A DNA stretch of 63,599 nucleotides, the filler included, from Limisphaerales bacterium (GTDB lineage Bacteria; Verrucomicrobiota; Verrucomicrobiia; Limisphaerales; SIBE01), in NCBI GenBank assembly GCA_044225505.1. It is 4 parts of 4 records of this genome, joined end to end, with 100 filler letters (N's around TTAATTAATTAA, not from the genome) between each part and the next. Parts side by side here need not be neighbours in the genome. Positions count along the whole stretch, not along the records: positions 1 to 17,033 come from JBGAIN010000165.1; positions 17,134 to 34,729 come from JBGAIN010000166.1; 2 more parts are not named here. One strand, given 5' to 3'. Shown one piece after another: positions 9,708-19,337 of this stretch (its first letter is position 1; each line of letters starts with the position of its first letter). The position numbers were made by a program, and so were the translations under genes. The notes beneath the pieces were generated by a model that ran no database searches, was not told the DNA's origin, and saw only the letters and a program-made list of their open reading frames with translations.

Positions 9708-11036
9708 TCAAGCGGTGGAACCAATGTTCAGGCCGACCTGGACGTCCCCACCGGAATCATTCCGGACCAAGGTGGCACCGTGGTGGGAGCAACCAACGAT
9801 GGTTGCAGCGCGTAGACCTTTCTCGAGGACGATGGTTTCCCGAGCCGAATCGAGAAACTCGCATCCTTGAATCAGGACGCGGCCAGCGCGGGCGCGAATG
9901 CAAGCACTGCCGTTTTTATCGCGATCCCACCCGGTGAAATGACACGCGTTCAACATGAGCGACCCAGGGCCGTCGTGCCGCACCTGTTCCTGGGTATGTT
10001 CTGTTCCCCAGAAACCGCAATTCGTAAATTTCACCGGGCCACGGTTGTTTGAGCCAACTTCCACGGTCGACATGAACTGGCCGTTGGCAAACTGGACTCC
10101 CGCGTGTTCCTGGGTACGGTCGACGCGCACGGCGACGGGGCAGATGTCACTGCCAGACTGCGTGATCACCGCGTTGCCTGGGCCGTGCCCGAAGTCGTCG
10201 AAGTGAAAACCGATTTTGGGGAAGATCACAAAACTGTTGCTGATGAATTCCCAGTCGGTTTTTCCGATCTTGAAACCGACCAGGTTTTTTTCCAAGTAAG
10301 CTCGAATGTCACCTCCAGGGAACTTGGGCGCGAGCGCCATTCGGGTCCAGAAATTGGGATTGAAATGGACGTTTTCAATCCGGCCGATGTCGGTGCATTG
10401 GTCGATGTAAATGCCGGTCTTCAAAGGACACGCGAAGACGTTACGCACCAGGTGCAATTCGTTCCAACGACTGCCGACGTCGATCGCCTGATACGGGTTG
10501 GTCAGGGTGACGTCGAGGATCTGGCAAAGCTCGCCGTCCGCCCGAATGCTCCACGGGTACGGTGCCACCTCTGCCAATGTCTGATCTGGATAGTGGATAA
10601 TGACGTTGCGCAGGACAGCGTTGGGCTTAAGCGTGACGAGCGGTTCGCCATCTGGTTGGCCGCGGCCGCCGATCGCCAGGAGGATAGTGCCGATCGGATG
10701 TTCGCTATGCGGAACCCCGCCGGAGGCGCCTGCCAGAGTAACCCCTGGAGGGACCGTCAGCGCACCTTGCAGCCGATATTGACCTGCGGGAAGGAAACAG
10801 ACTGGCCCGCGGGTTGTGGCCGCGTCCAACGCGCGTTGCAGCGCGGCGGTATCATCCGATTGACCATCGCCAACTGCGCCTAAATCGCGGGCGTTGACCC
10901 CGGCCGAGTGCAGGGCAGGGGGGATGTCGGCCATCGCGGAGCTTGCGGTCGCTTGGAGCGTCGCTCCGGTGGCTGTGAAGCTGCCAGCCGCAAAGGCGTG
11001 CTGGAGGAAGTGACGGCGGGAAGTAGAAGATGGCAT
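9708..11036 (-). CDS. Tat-exported right-handed beta-helix protein (pectate lyase superfamily / GH28-GH55-like N-terminus)
   Basis: SRRHFL Tat signal; NARDLGAVGDGQSDDTAALQRALD and FLPAGQY motifs. Confidence 0.85.
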   Translation of the reverse strand: MPSSTSRRHFLQHAFAAGSFTATGATLQATASSAMADIPPALHSAGVNARDLGAVGDGQSDDTAALQRALDAATTRGPVCFLPAGQYRLQGALTVPPGVTLAGASGGVPHSEHPIGTILLAIGGRGQPDGEPLVTLKPNAVLRNVIIHYPDQTLAEVAPYPWSIRADGELCQILDVTLTNPYQAIDVGSRWNELHLVRNVFACPLKTGIYIDQCTDIGRIENVHFNPNFWTRMALAPKFPGGDIRAYLEKNLVGFKIGKTDWEFISNSFVIFPKIGFHFDDFGHGPGNAVITQSGSDICPVAVRVDRTQEHAGVQFANGQFMSTVEVGSNNRGPVKFTNCGFWGTEHTQEQVRHDGPGSLMLNACHFTGWDRDKNGSACIRARAGRVLIQGCEFLDSARETIVLEKGLRAATIVGCSHHGATLVRNDSGGDVQVGLNIGSTA

Positions 11037-11086
11037 GTCCAGACCATAAACTATCAAGCCGCCTGATCAATGATAGGTTGATCTAA

Positions 11087-11114
11087 CGCGGCGCATCGAA
11101 CCCGATGCGCCGCG
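11087..11114 (-). terminator. Strong intergenic hairpin (terminator or mRNA-stabilising stem)
   Basis: CGCGGCGCATCG-AACC-CGATGCGCCGCG perfect 12-bp stem about 23 nt after the stop of 11138-14146; weak T tail. Confidence 0.6.
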
Positions 11115-11137
11115 CGCCAGGGAACTGTCCTACTCGC

Positions 11138-14100
11138 TTACTTCCGCAGCCGGAAGAAGCGGGTGCTGCCCGAAGTGGGCACTGAGACGGAATTGTTGGA
11201 CACGCCTGGAACCGCGGTCCAGGTGGGATTCATCAGGGTATCGGTGGCTTCGAGTATCAGGCCGGCGGTCGCGCTGGGCCAGGTGATCTGGAGGCTTCCC
11301 GATTGTACCTTCACGCTGATGCTCACCGATTCTTCCGTGGGCGTGCCGCCGGAAAGCGGCAGTCCCGCGGCCGTGGGGGCTCCCAGTGCGGTCAGCTCGG
11401 CATCCGAGAGTTTGCGGGAATGGATTTGGATGCTGTTGACGTACCAGATGCGGCGTTCGTCCTGGTCGCCATCGCCGAAGAGAACGGCGTATTCGCGCAA
11501 AGCGCGGCGTCCGTCCAAACCGTCCGTCTTCCAATCGTCTTGTTTGACACCATCGACGAACTTGGTGACCACCGCGGGCTTAGCGGCCAGGTCGACCGCG
11601 ATCGCCACGCGATGCCATTCTCCGGCTTTGAAGATGCCAGTGCCGACGTAACCGCCCTGGCCCTGGCCGAAGTTGTCGCCCTGCCAGAAGAGATCGCCAT
11701 CGCTGGTGTTATTGAGGTCGTCGACCTGGATCATGGAGGCAGCCCCTGGGCCGGCGGTATCCAGATAAACGTCCCAGAGCAGGGTGTACTGGTTCACCTT
11801 GGTGCCGCCGCCGTTCGGAGCGATGCCATGGCGCATGGTGTAACCGATCTTGTTGCTGAGGTCGCCCGGGACCTTCATGACTTTGGCCGGTTGGCCACCA
11901 ATATCAGGAATGCCAAACGAGGTGGTGGTGCCGAAGGCCGTCTTGGTTTCGGTCGCGCCGCCCGCGCCATCGAAGTATTCCAAGGGATTGCCGACGGTTG
12001 CTGCCAAGGTCCCTTGCTCAAAATCCCATTGACCGCGCACTGGGTTCGCTCCACCCGAATTGACCGTGCTGGTGAACACCCATTGATTGGTGAATCGGTT
12101 AGCTGGGCTTGCGTTGTCACCATAAACCAACGCGAACCGATTGGTGGTTTCTGTCCGCGTGGCGCTTGGTTGGAAGGTGACCGTGGTGCGCGCTCCGGAC
12201 TTGCTGACCGTGGGCGTCGCCGTCGAATCATTGAACGTTAGCTTGAGACTGGCGGGATCTAATTGGCTGCGATCGTCCTGGATTAGGATTTGGACTGGAT
12301 CGGCAGGATTGTTTCCAGAGGTGCCCGGCCGTGGGGTGAGTTCGGCAATATAAGGCGCTCCTGCTCCAGGGGCGTTGCTGGTTCGAAATGCTTTGACCGC
12401 TTTGGCATTGGCCGAGTCATTCACGAGGATTTTTTCGCCGGTGACTGTGTCGATAGTATAGAGCTCGACACTGCCTTGGCGGCCGCTTTGGACGTAAACG
12501 AGGCGCACGGGATACAAGCCGCTTTTAGCGATGTAAAAGGTGAACTCGTTCTGGTTTTGCGAATTCTCTTCGAACGCGGGCGCTGTGGCGCGCACGTAAG
12601 AACCGAGCGTTTGCGAGAAGACATCGCGCGGGTTCTGGCCAATGTAAAAGGCGAAGTTGTCATCGTCATTCACGTCCACCCGCGAGGCATTCACCGTCAC
12701 TCCGAACTTGTAGGTCCCAGCGTCCAATTGCAGGAACCCGAGAAACTCCGTGGTGAACTGGGTGGCATGTCCGTTCTGCCCGGGAATCCCAGGGAACGGG
12801 GCATCTCCCGTGAAACTGCCTACTTCCTGGTCCGTGGCGAAGTTGATGACGTCCACCGCGTAGCTGCCGCTGTTCGGTCCTGGGATCGACTCATCCTGGA
12901 CGAGAGCCCCTTCCAAGTTTCGGAGCGTGCCGTTCAGTTGCTGAATGCCTCGAATAACCGTGGCGGGGAAGTTCGCCGGGTCATTGACCGCTTGGGCGTA
13001 TTCGGGCCCTTGCACGGTGCGCGCGACAAACCCCCGCGTGGCGGCCGAGTCGACCGGAAGCGCGAGTGCGTCACTGACCGGCGTGAACGGTCCGACGGCA
13101 AACTGCCATTGTGTCCCCAGGTTGTTGGGAGTCGCCGCATCATCGGTAAAGCTCAAAGCCACCTTATGGACGGAGAGAGCGGCAAGGAGCGATGGGGGCG
13201 AGTAAGTAATGGTCGTCGTGGTGCCTTGAGTTGTGACCTGCGGCGTCACGGTGGCGTCGTCGAGCTTCAACACGATCGAGCTTTTCACGAGCTTGGTCGT
13301 GCCATCCTCGATAATCGCTGTGATCTGCGCGTTGGGCGGCACGAGGGAACGGCTCGGAATGCGGGCCGTATCCGGGTTGGGCGAGACAGAACTGACGTAA
13401 GGATTGGGCGGAGGGCCCGTGAGAATGCCGGTGGCGGATGGGGCTCCCAGGGCGGCAATCAGTCCATCGGAGAGTTTCTCATCGCGGATTTGGAGGCTGT
13501 TGATGTAGCCGAGCTCAGTTTCGCCGTTGTCGTCGCTGAAGAGGGAAATTGTATCAGGCAACGCATAGGCGGAATCGAGCCCGCTAGGGCGTTCTGTGCC
13601 GACCTTCACGCCATCGATGTATTTGTCGAGGACAGGCGGAGTGGCGGACAGGTCAGCAGCGAAGACGACACGGTGCCACTTGTTGTCCGAGATCACACCG
13701 TCCGATCCGGAAGCACCAATGCCATTGCCAGCCTGGACGAAGTATTCGGCATTCCCGACATTATCGATCTGCACGAGGGCACGTTTTTTGCCCTGCGAGG
13801 CGGCGGGGAAAAGCACATCCAGGATGATGGTATACTGGTTTACGAGTGACCCACCGCCATTTGGGAGGGCGCTGGTGGGAACGGCATATCCACCCTGGTC
13901 GGGAGTTTTGGGGAACTTCATGACTTGGGCAGGCTGGCCCCCAATGTCGGCGATGCCAAAGGTGGTCGTTGAGCCGAAAGCGGTTCCGCCATCTGTCTCG
14001 GCATCAAGCGCATAGAGAGGTTGCCCGATCGCGGCGTTCAAGTTCCCGTCAAAGTTCCACTGACCTGTGATCGCTCCGTGACTGTCCGAGACAGACGCGA

Positions 14101-14146
14101 GGGCGAGCACGGAAGCCAGGAGAGTTAATCGAGATAGGTTATTCAT
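11138..14146 (-). CDS. Large secreted protein: two LamG-like domains, two Ig-like domains, PA14-like domain, C-terminal W...FFR module
   Basis: Signal peptide MNNLSRLTLLASVLALASVSDSHG; duplicated GQW.F.G.L.A..G...FG.TT.FGI.DIGGQPA.VMK...NGGG..VNQYT...WHRV units; ends RFFRLRK. Confidence 0.85.
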   Translation of the reverse strand: MNNLSRLTLLASVLALASVSDSHGAITGQWNFDGNLNAAIGQPLYALDAETDGGTAFGSTTTFGIADIGGQPAQVMKFPKTPDQGGYAVPTSALPNGGGSLVNQYTIILDVLFPAASQGKKRALVQIDNVGNAEYFVQAGNGIGASGSDGVISDNKWHRVVFAADLSATPPVLDKYIDGVKVGTERPSGLDSAYALPDTISLFSDDNGETELGYINSLQIRDEKLSDGLIAALGAPSATGILTGPPPNPYVSSVSPNPDTARIPSRSLVPPNAQITAIIEDGTTKLVKSSIVLKLDDATVTPQVTTQGTTTTITYSPPSLLAALSVHKVALSFTDDAATPNNLGTQWQFAVGPFTPVSDALALPVDSAATRGFVARTVQGPEYAQAVNDPANFPATVIRGIQQLNGTLRNLEGALVQDESIPGPNSGSYAVDVINFATDQEVGSFTGDAPFPGIPGQNGHATQFTTEFLGFLQLDAGTYKFGVTVNASRVDVNDDDNFAFYIGQNPRDVFSQTLGSYVRATAPAFEENSQNQNEFTFYIAKSGLYPVRLVYVQSGRQGSVELYTIDTVTGEKILVNDSANAKAVKAFRTSNAPGAGAPYIAELTPRPGTSGNNPADPVQILIQDDRSQLDPASLKLTFNDSTATPTVSKSGARTTVTFQPSATRTETTNRFALVYGDNASPANRFTNQWVFTSTVNSGGANPVRGQWDFEQGTLAATVGNPLEYFDGAGGATETKTAFGTTTSFGIPDIGGQPAKVMKVPGDLSNKIGYTMRHGIAPNGGGTKVNQYTLLWDVYLDTAGPGAASMIQVDDLNNTSDGDLFWQGDNFGQGQGGYVGTGIFKAGEWHRVAIAVDLAAKPAVVTKFVDGVKQDDWKTDGLDGRRALREYAVLFGDGDQDERRIWYVNSIQIHSRKLSDAELTALGAPTAAGLPLSGGTPTEESVSISVKVQSGSLQITWPSATAGLILEATDTLMNPTWTAVPGVSNNSVSVPTSGSTRFFRLRK

Positions 14147-14480
14147 AGAAGACTTCTGCACATCCACGTGTATCTGGTCCACAATTGTGATGATTTCCAA
14201 CGAAGTTGGCGCGTTACATCCGGCGCCTGAGACAACTAGGCGACGGCAAGTCGGGCATGTCAAGATCATTCCCGAACGGCGCGGGCTTCTACGGGAATTG
14301 TCAGCGTGTCTCGCCAAGAGATCCTCCGAGAAACTTCTGGATCAAACCATCGGGAGGGGACGAGCATTTGAGCCAGACAAAGCTGCGACTGGAGTGCTTC
14401 GCGCAGCCGCCATTGGCATTTCTTGACCCGATGGGTTGTTGGGAGACTTCCTTAACATTCCTGGCGAGGCGTTAAGACCT

Positions 14481-14975
14481 GAAATGTCTCACACTCCGTC
14501 GCCAATTTGTCAACCGAGTGTGCGACATTTCGATGGCTTGTCCGTCTGGAGAGCCGTTGCTCAGGTTTTTTCGAATCGATCTGGTAGAAGAACGGAACCA
14601 ACTCGGTAGATACGACGGAGCATGTGTGGATGCGCGAGGCTCCGGCGGGAACCATTCGATGCAAGGCCGGTGCAAGGCCGGTGCAAGGCCGGTGCAAGGC
14701 CGGTCCGTGAGCGGCATTGAACCGGGGTTGCTGCGGCGTATCACCCGGGTTGGTGCGCTCCGACCGCCACGGGCTTGCGGTTCAACGCTGACTTTGGCTT
14801 TTGTTGAATCGTTTCTTTCGCGGGTTTCTCTTGTGCATCCAAAAAGCCCTCCGCGGTTTCAAACCATCCTCCAGCCAACGGATAGGACACCGCCGCACGG
14901 GCCAGTGAAACGTCGTGGAATCCAGGAAATGTTGCACACTTTGTCGACAAATTGTTCTCGAAGTGTGAGACATTT
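14481..14975. mobile_element. MITE-like non-coding element bounded by inverted ~50-bp self-palindromic ends
   Basis: 14481-14531 and 14927-14975 are inverted copies, each with arms resembling AAATGTCTCACACT/AGTGTGAGACATTT around a 21-nt spacer; no convincing ORF inside. Confidence 0.5.
14660..14704. repeat. Perfect 11-bp tandem repeat (TGCAAGGCCGG)x4
   Basis: Read directly from the sequence. Confidence 0.95.
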
Positions 14976-14997
14976 GCCGACCATAAATAAGAGGCGT

Positions 14998-15258
14998 ATG
15001 GCAGATACGAGTCGAAGTTGGAGAGTCGCGCCATTTGCGGTCGGGAGGCGTTATCGGGTGCGCCGGAACTATAAAGCGTTCCGTGATTCATTCGTTGAAG
15101 GAGAGATAGTCACCTATGAGAACGACTCCTACAGCGCTTATCATGGCTACACCGGTTACATTTTTGGCCAGGTGGGAACGCATCAGAAACGGGTCTGGGA
15201 TATTCACGATGACGACGATTTAGGAATCTGGCGCGAATTGTTTGAAGAGATGGTGTGA
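14998..15258 (+). CDS. Small hypothetical protein (resembles DUF3601-type proteins)
   Basis: GAGG RBS before ATG 14998; natural-looking 86-aa product F.VGRRYRV...F..GE...Y...Y.GY. Confidence 0.7.
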   Translation: MADTSRSWRVAPFAVGRRYRVRRNYKAFRDSFVEGEIVTYENDSYSAYHGYTGYIFGQVGTHQKRVWDIHDDDDLGIWRELFEEMV

Positions 15259-15457
15259 CGACGAGTGGCATGCGGAGCGGTCGCCGCGCCAGTCCTGACT
15301 CTGGGCGTGGTGGCGGGTTGGTGGGACGGAGAGTTTTACACCGACCGCACCCTTCAATGGGCGGTGGCAGGTGGGTGGATGCTCCTTTGGGCGGGCGTTC
15401 TTGCGCACGATAACCGGCGGCTGCAACGCGACTCTTTGTCGTTGCTGGTAGATCCCA

Positions 15458-17033
15458 GTGTCTCTAGCATACGATTCGATGCACCGGTTCCCAACGGCGT
15501 TCGCGGATCAGTTCAAGGATGTTGCTCACTTTTCACTTCATGCTGGTCTTCTAAGACGTGCCACCGTGCTCGGCGCGCTCCGAGGATTGTTGGCGCTGTT
15601 AGCAACAGTGACCCACGTGTCGTCCCAAACGACGCTGAGGATCAATCCGGCTTTAGCCACGAACGCCAGCATCGCGTTGTCGTGGTCAGGCAACGCGCCT
15701 GCCTACGAGGTGCAGAGCGCAGAGAATCTCGGCGTGCCGAAATGGCGATCCATGCTTGTCACGGATCGCACCAATTCCGTTGTCCCGATGCCAGGACCGG
15801 CTGGCTACTTCCGAATCGTGGGATTGTCCAGCGGGTTCGTGCCGATCGACGAAACTCAGCGGTTCCAAATCCTTTCGAATATAACGGAAAGGATTATGGC
15901 GCTACCTGGCACGAACGGGGCGGCAGATAGCCAGGTGTTGGCGGCTTATCTGGCGACGTTCGATGAATTCATCGCCAGCGGTGTCACCGCGGATACATCC
16001 ACCTGGGCGCGCTTCCGGGATGGGCGATTGGTGGTGATCGTGAACAACAGGCCAGCCGCCACGCCGGATGAGATTGCGGCCATTTCGCAGCTGGGTCCGG
16101 GACGTCCTGCCTTTCCAGTGCCTTCGGTGCCAACGGGAGGGTCTTTTCCGGGCGCGGTGGGTCCATCCCGTGACCGGATCAACACGATCGCCATTCGCAG
16201 AGGCACGCCGTTGGGGATTCCAGAATCGCGGAACGCAGTCCTGTTTAAGGCTTCTGGTCTAGGGCTGCTCAGTGACCCGCTCAAGAGTCTGGGGCCGGCG
16301 CTGAGCGCCCACGGCTATCAAATGCAAGGTGGCGAAGCGGGACTATTTGATCTGATAAATGTGGAAGTGCTCGGGGATGACATCGGCCTGTTCTATATCG
16401 ATACGCATGGGATCGAGATCCAAGGCGTGATCCCTTTCGCGATGTTGACATCGACCTGGGCCGACCGAGATACGGACGCTCGCCTGAAAGCGGATTTCGA
16501 CCGGGGAGAGGTTGCCTATGGCTACCTCGGCTCCGCGATCCTTCCAAAGAAGGGGACTGGCATCGCTATCGTCCCTAAACCAGTCTACTGCGTGCTCCCT
16601 CCCTTCGTCGGGCGCCATTGGAAGTTCGGCAAGAACAGCCTCGTTTATATGGATGTCTGCGACAGTGCGACGCCCAACGCCGCACCGTTCATCCAGGCTT
16701 GCGCGGCCGCGGGAGCTTCCGTGTATGCGGGTTGGACCGACGCGGTGGACGATTGGTGGGGCACCTATGCCGCCCGCATGACCATTGGCACTCTCCTGGG
16801 AGGGAAAGAGATTTACGATTACATTGTGCCTCCCGACCGGCCTTTCGACCGCGTCGCGGTGAAGAATTACTTGCACCGCGAGCGGGTCGATATTTCTCCG
16901 AGAAGCAACGCGGAACTGGTCGTGCTCAGTGGTTCGCTCGGCGGCAACGGCGATTTTGGGTTACTGGCTCCCAGCATTTTCCACATGGACATCGATGAAA
17001 ACAAAGAGGAACTTCGCATGGTTGGATTATTTG
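15458..17033 (+). CDS. Secreted protein, 3'-truncated at contig end: N-terminal W...YFR module and a clan CD (caspase/gingipain-like) His-Cys region
   Basis: Hydrophobic signal segment; LFYIDTHG and VYMDVCDS motifs, GASVYAGWT; ORF runs into Ns. Confidence 0.7.
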
Positions 17034-17133
17034 NNNNNNNNNNNNNNNNNNNNNNNNNNNNNNNNNNNNNNNNNNNNTTAATTAATTAANNNNNNNNNNN
17101 NNNNNNNNNNNNNNNNNNNNNNNNNNNNNNNNN
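17034..17133. other. Artificial contig linker
   Basis: N44-TTAATTAATTAA-N44, with stops in all six frames. Confidence 0.98.
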
Positions 17134-17134
17134 T

Positions 17135-17419
17135 TCCCTGCGCGCTCGGGGACGAGCCGTCGTGTTCAGCGCAATTCCTGGCAAAGCGACCTTCGATGCG
17201 TTTCGCCTCCACGTTCAGGAACTGGAAATCGCCGGGGCCTGTAACGATCAGGATCTGATTGACGCGGCGCTTGCGAAACTCTCGGATCCCGCACTTCGAT
17301 TGGGCGAATTGATCACGCATCACTTGCCGTTCTCCGATTGGTCGCGGGCTTTCGAGCTGGCACGAGGGCGGAAGGACGAAACCTTGAAAGTGGCTCTGCA
17401 TTTTCCGGAAAACCGATGA
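17135..17419 (+). CDS. C-terminal part of a zinc-binding (MDR) alcohol/sugar dehydrogenase, 5'-truncated
   Basis: QELEIAGA...LITHHLPFSDWSRAFELA...LKV C-terminal pattern of MDR enzymes. Confidence 0.75.
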   Translation, partial: SLRARGRAVVFSAIPGKATFDAFRLHVQELEIAGACNDQDLIDAALAKLSDPALRLGELITHHLPFSDWSRAFELARGRKDETLKVALHFPENR

Positions 17420-18570
17420 AAATCACCAACGTCGAAGCGTTTGTCCTGGAATCGCCCTATGAAAATAAGCCCCCCGCGGGCAGCGAGGAAGCCCATGGCG
17501 TCAAGCATTGTCTGCTCCTAAAGGTCAGTACGGACGAGGGCATCACGGGCTGGTCGGATGTCGAAACAGCGCCGCATGTGGGAGCGGCGGTGGTAGATGC
17601 ACCAGAGAGCGGCGCGGGAGTATTCGAGGGGTTACGGCACTTGGTCCTGGGCGAGGATCCGTTCGAGGTGGAACGTCTCTGGGACAAGGTTTACCGCGGA
17701 AGCATCTATTATGGGCGCCGTGGTGTCGCCATTCAGATCCTTTCGGGCTTTGATGTCGCGTGTCACGACATCATGGGTAAAGCGGTGGGGCGCCCTGTCT
17801 ACAAACTCCTGGGCGGCGCCTACCGAAGTCGAGTCCGCGCTTATGCTTCTACGCTGTTCCGGAGCACGCCCGATGCGATTCGGCGAGCGTGCGAGTTCTA
17901 CTTGGGGCGTGGTTTTACCGCAATTAAGTTTGGGTGGGGCGTTTTTGGTCAGGATCGACGTCGCGATATTGCGCTGGTGGCGGCGGCGCGCGAGGCCATC
18001 GGCCCGGATGTTGAATTGCTGGTGGATCCAGGCTGGATGGTCAACCGCAGCGCTTACGAAGCGGTAGAGCTCATTCGAGCTCTCGAACCTTATCGGATTT
18101 TCTGGCTCGAGGACTTCCTCCATCCCGAATCCTATGAAGGGTACGCTCGAGTTAAAGCGGCCGGGATCCACACCCGTATTGCCGCTGGCGAACAGGAAGC
18201 CACCGCTTGGGGGTTCCATCAGCTGATTACTGCTGGGCGCGTCGACGTGGTGCAGCCCGATCTCAGCCGTTGTGGCGGCCTGAGCCAGGCTCGCAAAATC
18301 CTCTGGGAAGCCCAGCGCGCTGGAGTGGACGTTTGTCCTCATGCCTGGTTAACAGACTTGCTTTCCGCGGCCAGTCTGCATCTCAATGCCGTCCTCGAAC
18401 GGAGCTTATTCCTGGAATATAATGTCTGCGATAACCCGATGCTCCGTGCGGTTATCCGTAATCCGATCGAAATGGACGCTTCCGGGACGATTCCCGTTCC
18501 CCAGGAGCCGGGGTTGGGCATCGAGATTGACGAGAACGCGGTGCGTCGCTTTTGCGTTAACACCCTTTGA
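17416..18570 (+). CDS. Mandelate racemase / muconate lactonizing enzyme family (acid-sugar dehydratase)
   Basis: MKITNVEA, DIMGKAVGRPVYKLLGG, LLVD, WLED, AAGE, VVQPD and PGLGIE motifs. Confidence 0.92.
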   Translation: MKITNVEAFVLESPYENKPPAGSEEAHGVKHCLLLKVSTDEGITGWSDVETAPHVGAAVVDAPESGAGVFEGLRHLVLGEDPFEVERLWDKVYRGSIYYGRRGVAIQILSGFDVACHDIMGKAVGRPVYKLLGGAYRSRVRAYASTLFRSTPDAIRRACEFYLGRGFTAIKFGWGVFGQDRRRDIALVAAAREAIGPDVELLVDPGWMVNRSAYEAVELIRALEPYRIFWLEDFLHPESYEGYARVKAAGIHTRIAAGEQEATAWGFHQLITAGRVDVVQPDLSRCGGLSQARKILWEAQRAGVDVCPHAWLTDLLSAASLHLNAVLERSLFLEYNVCDNPMLRAVIRNPIEMDASGTIPVPQEPGLGIEIDENAVRRFCVNTL

Positions 18571-18574
18571 CGCC

Positions 18575-19333
18575 ATGGAACGGATTACACGTGTTTCACT
18601 CGCGCCGGATCAAGCTGGTCTCTGGTTCTTGGGCCAGGCCGGTTACATCCTGCGATCGGCCGGAATAACTGTCACCATCGATGCTTACCTATCCGATTCC
18701 GTGGGCGCAGCAGCGGCCGAATTCGGCCGGCGGATTCCAGTTCCTCTCCCGCCAGAGACTTTGCGCACCGACGTTTTTGTCGTAACGCACGATCACCTGG
18801 ACCATCTGGATCCGGATACGATCCTGCGTTATCCTAAACGCGACACCACCGAATGGGTCGCACCCCGCTTCGCCGCCGCCAAACTGATTGCTCTCGGAAT
18901 TCCGGCGCCCCGCGTACACCAGGTCGAAGCTGGAGAAACATGGGCATGGCAAGGGTTGGTCGTGACAGGAGTGTTCGCATTGCCGACGGGTGTGGACGTC
19001 TTGGATACAACGGGCTACCTCGTGACATTTCCCAACGGCCGCAATGTTTACCATTCTTCCGACACAGCGTTTACGCCCTTGCTTTTGAAGGCGATTCCGT
19101 CCCATGCAGAGGTCAGTCTATTTCCCATCAATGGCAAGTGGGGCAACCTGAACGTCGAGCAAGCGGTGGAATTGGCCTCGGCGATGAAATCTCGTTTTGT
19201 CATGCCGAACCACTATGACATGATGTCTTTGAATGCGGAAAATCCCGAGTCGTTCCGCTGGTTTTGCCAGCAACGAAAGCTGTCTGCCCAGTGTGTCATC
19301 CCTGCAGTTTTGGAACCCTTCATCTGGTCTTGA
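18575..19333 (+). CDS. MBL-fold hydrolase (UlaG-like lactonase)
   Basis: LWFLGQAG, THDHLDHLD, YHSSDT, PINGKWGN and PNHYDM motifs. Confidence 0.88.
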   Translation: MERITRVSLAPDQAGLWFLGQAGYILRSAGITVTIDAYLSDSVGAAAAEFGRRIPVPLPPETLRTDVFVVTHDHLDHLDPDTILRYPKRDTTEWVAPRFAAAKLIALGIPAPRVHQVEAGETWAWQGLVVTGVFALPTGVDVLDTTGYLVTFPNGRNVYHSSDTAFTPLLLKAIPSHAEVSLFPINGKWGNLNVEQAVELASAMKSRFVMPNHYDMMSLNAENPESFRWFCQQRKLSAQCVIPAVLEPFIWS

Positions 19334-19337
19334 CTCT

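Noticed and set aside
12290..13849. Long antisense ORFs (519 aa here; also 11303-12241, 29439-30332, 35742-36623, 36789-37667)
   Set aside because: Shadow frames opposite clearly real genes in GC-rich DNA, with no recognisable motifs.
14660..14704. Tandem repeats (also 31491-31596 and 32145-32174) as a CRISPR array
   Set aside because: Units are 6-11 bp with no unique spacers, and there are no cas genes.
17034..17133. TTAATTAATTAA within N runs (also 34730-34829 and 52384-52483) and ORFs reading through them
   Set aside because: Artificial contig spacers. Genes on either side are not neighbours, and the X/LIN-containing ORF ends are artefacts.
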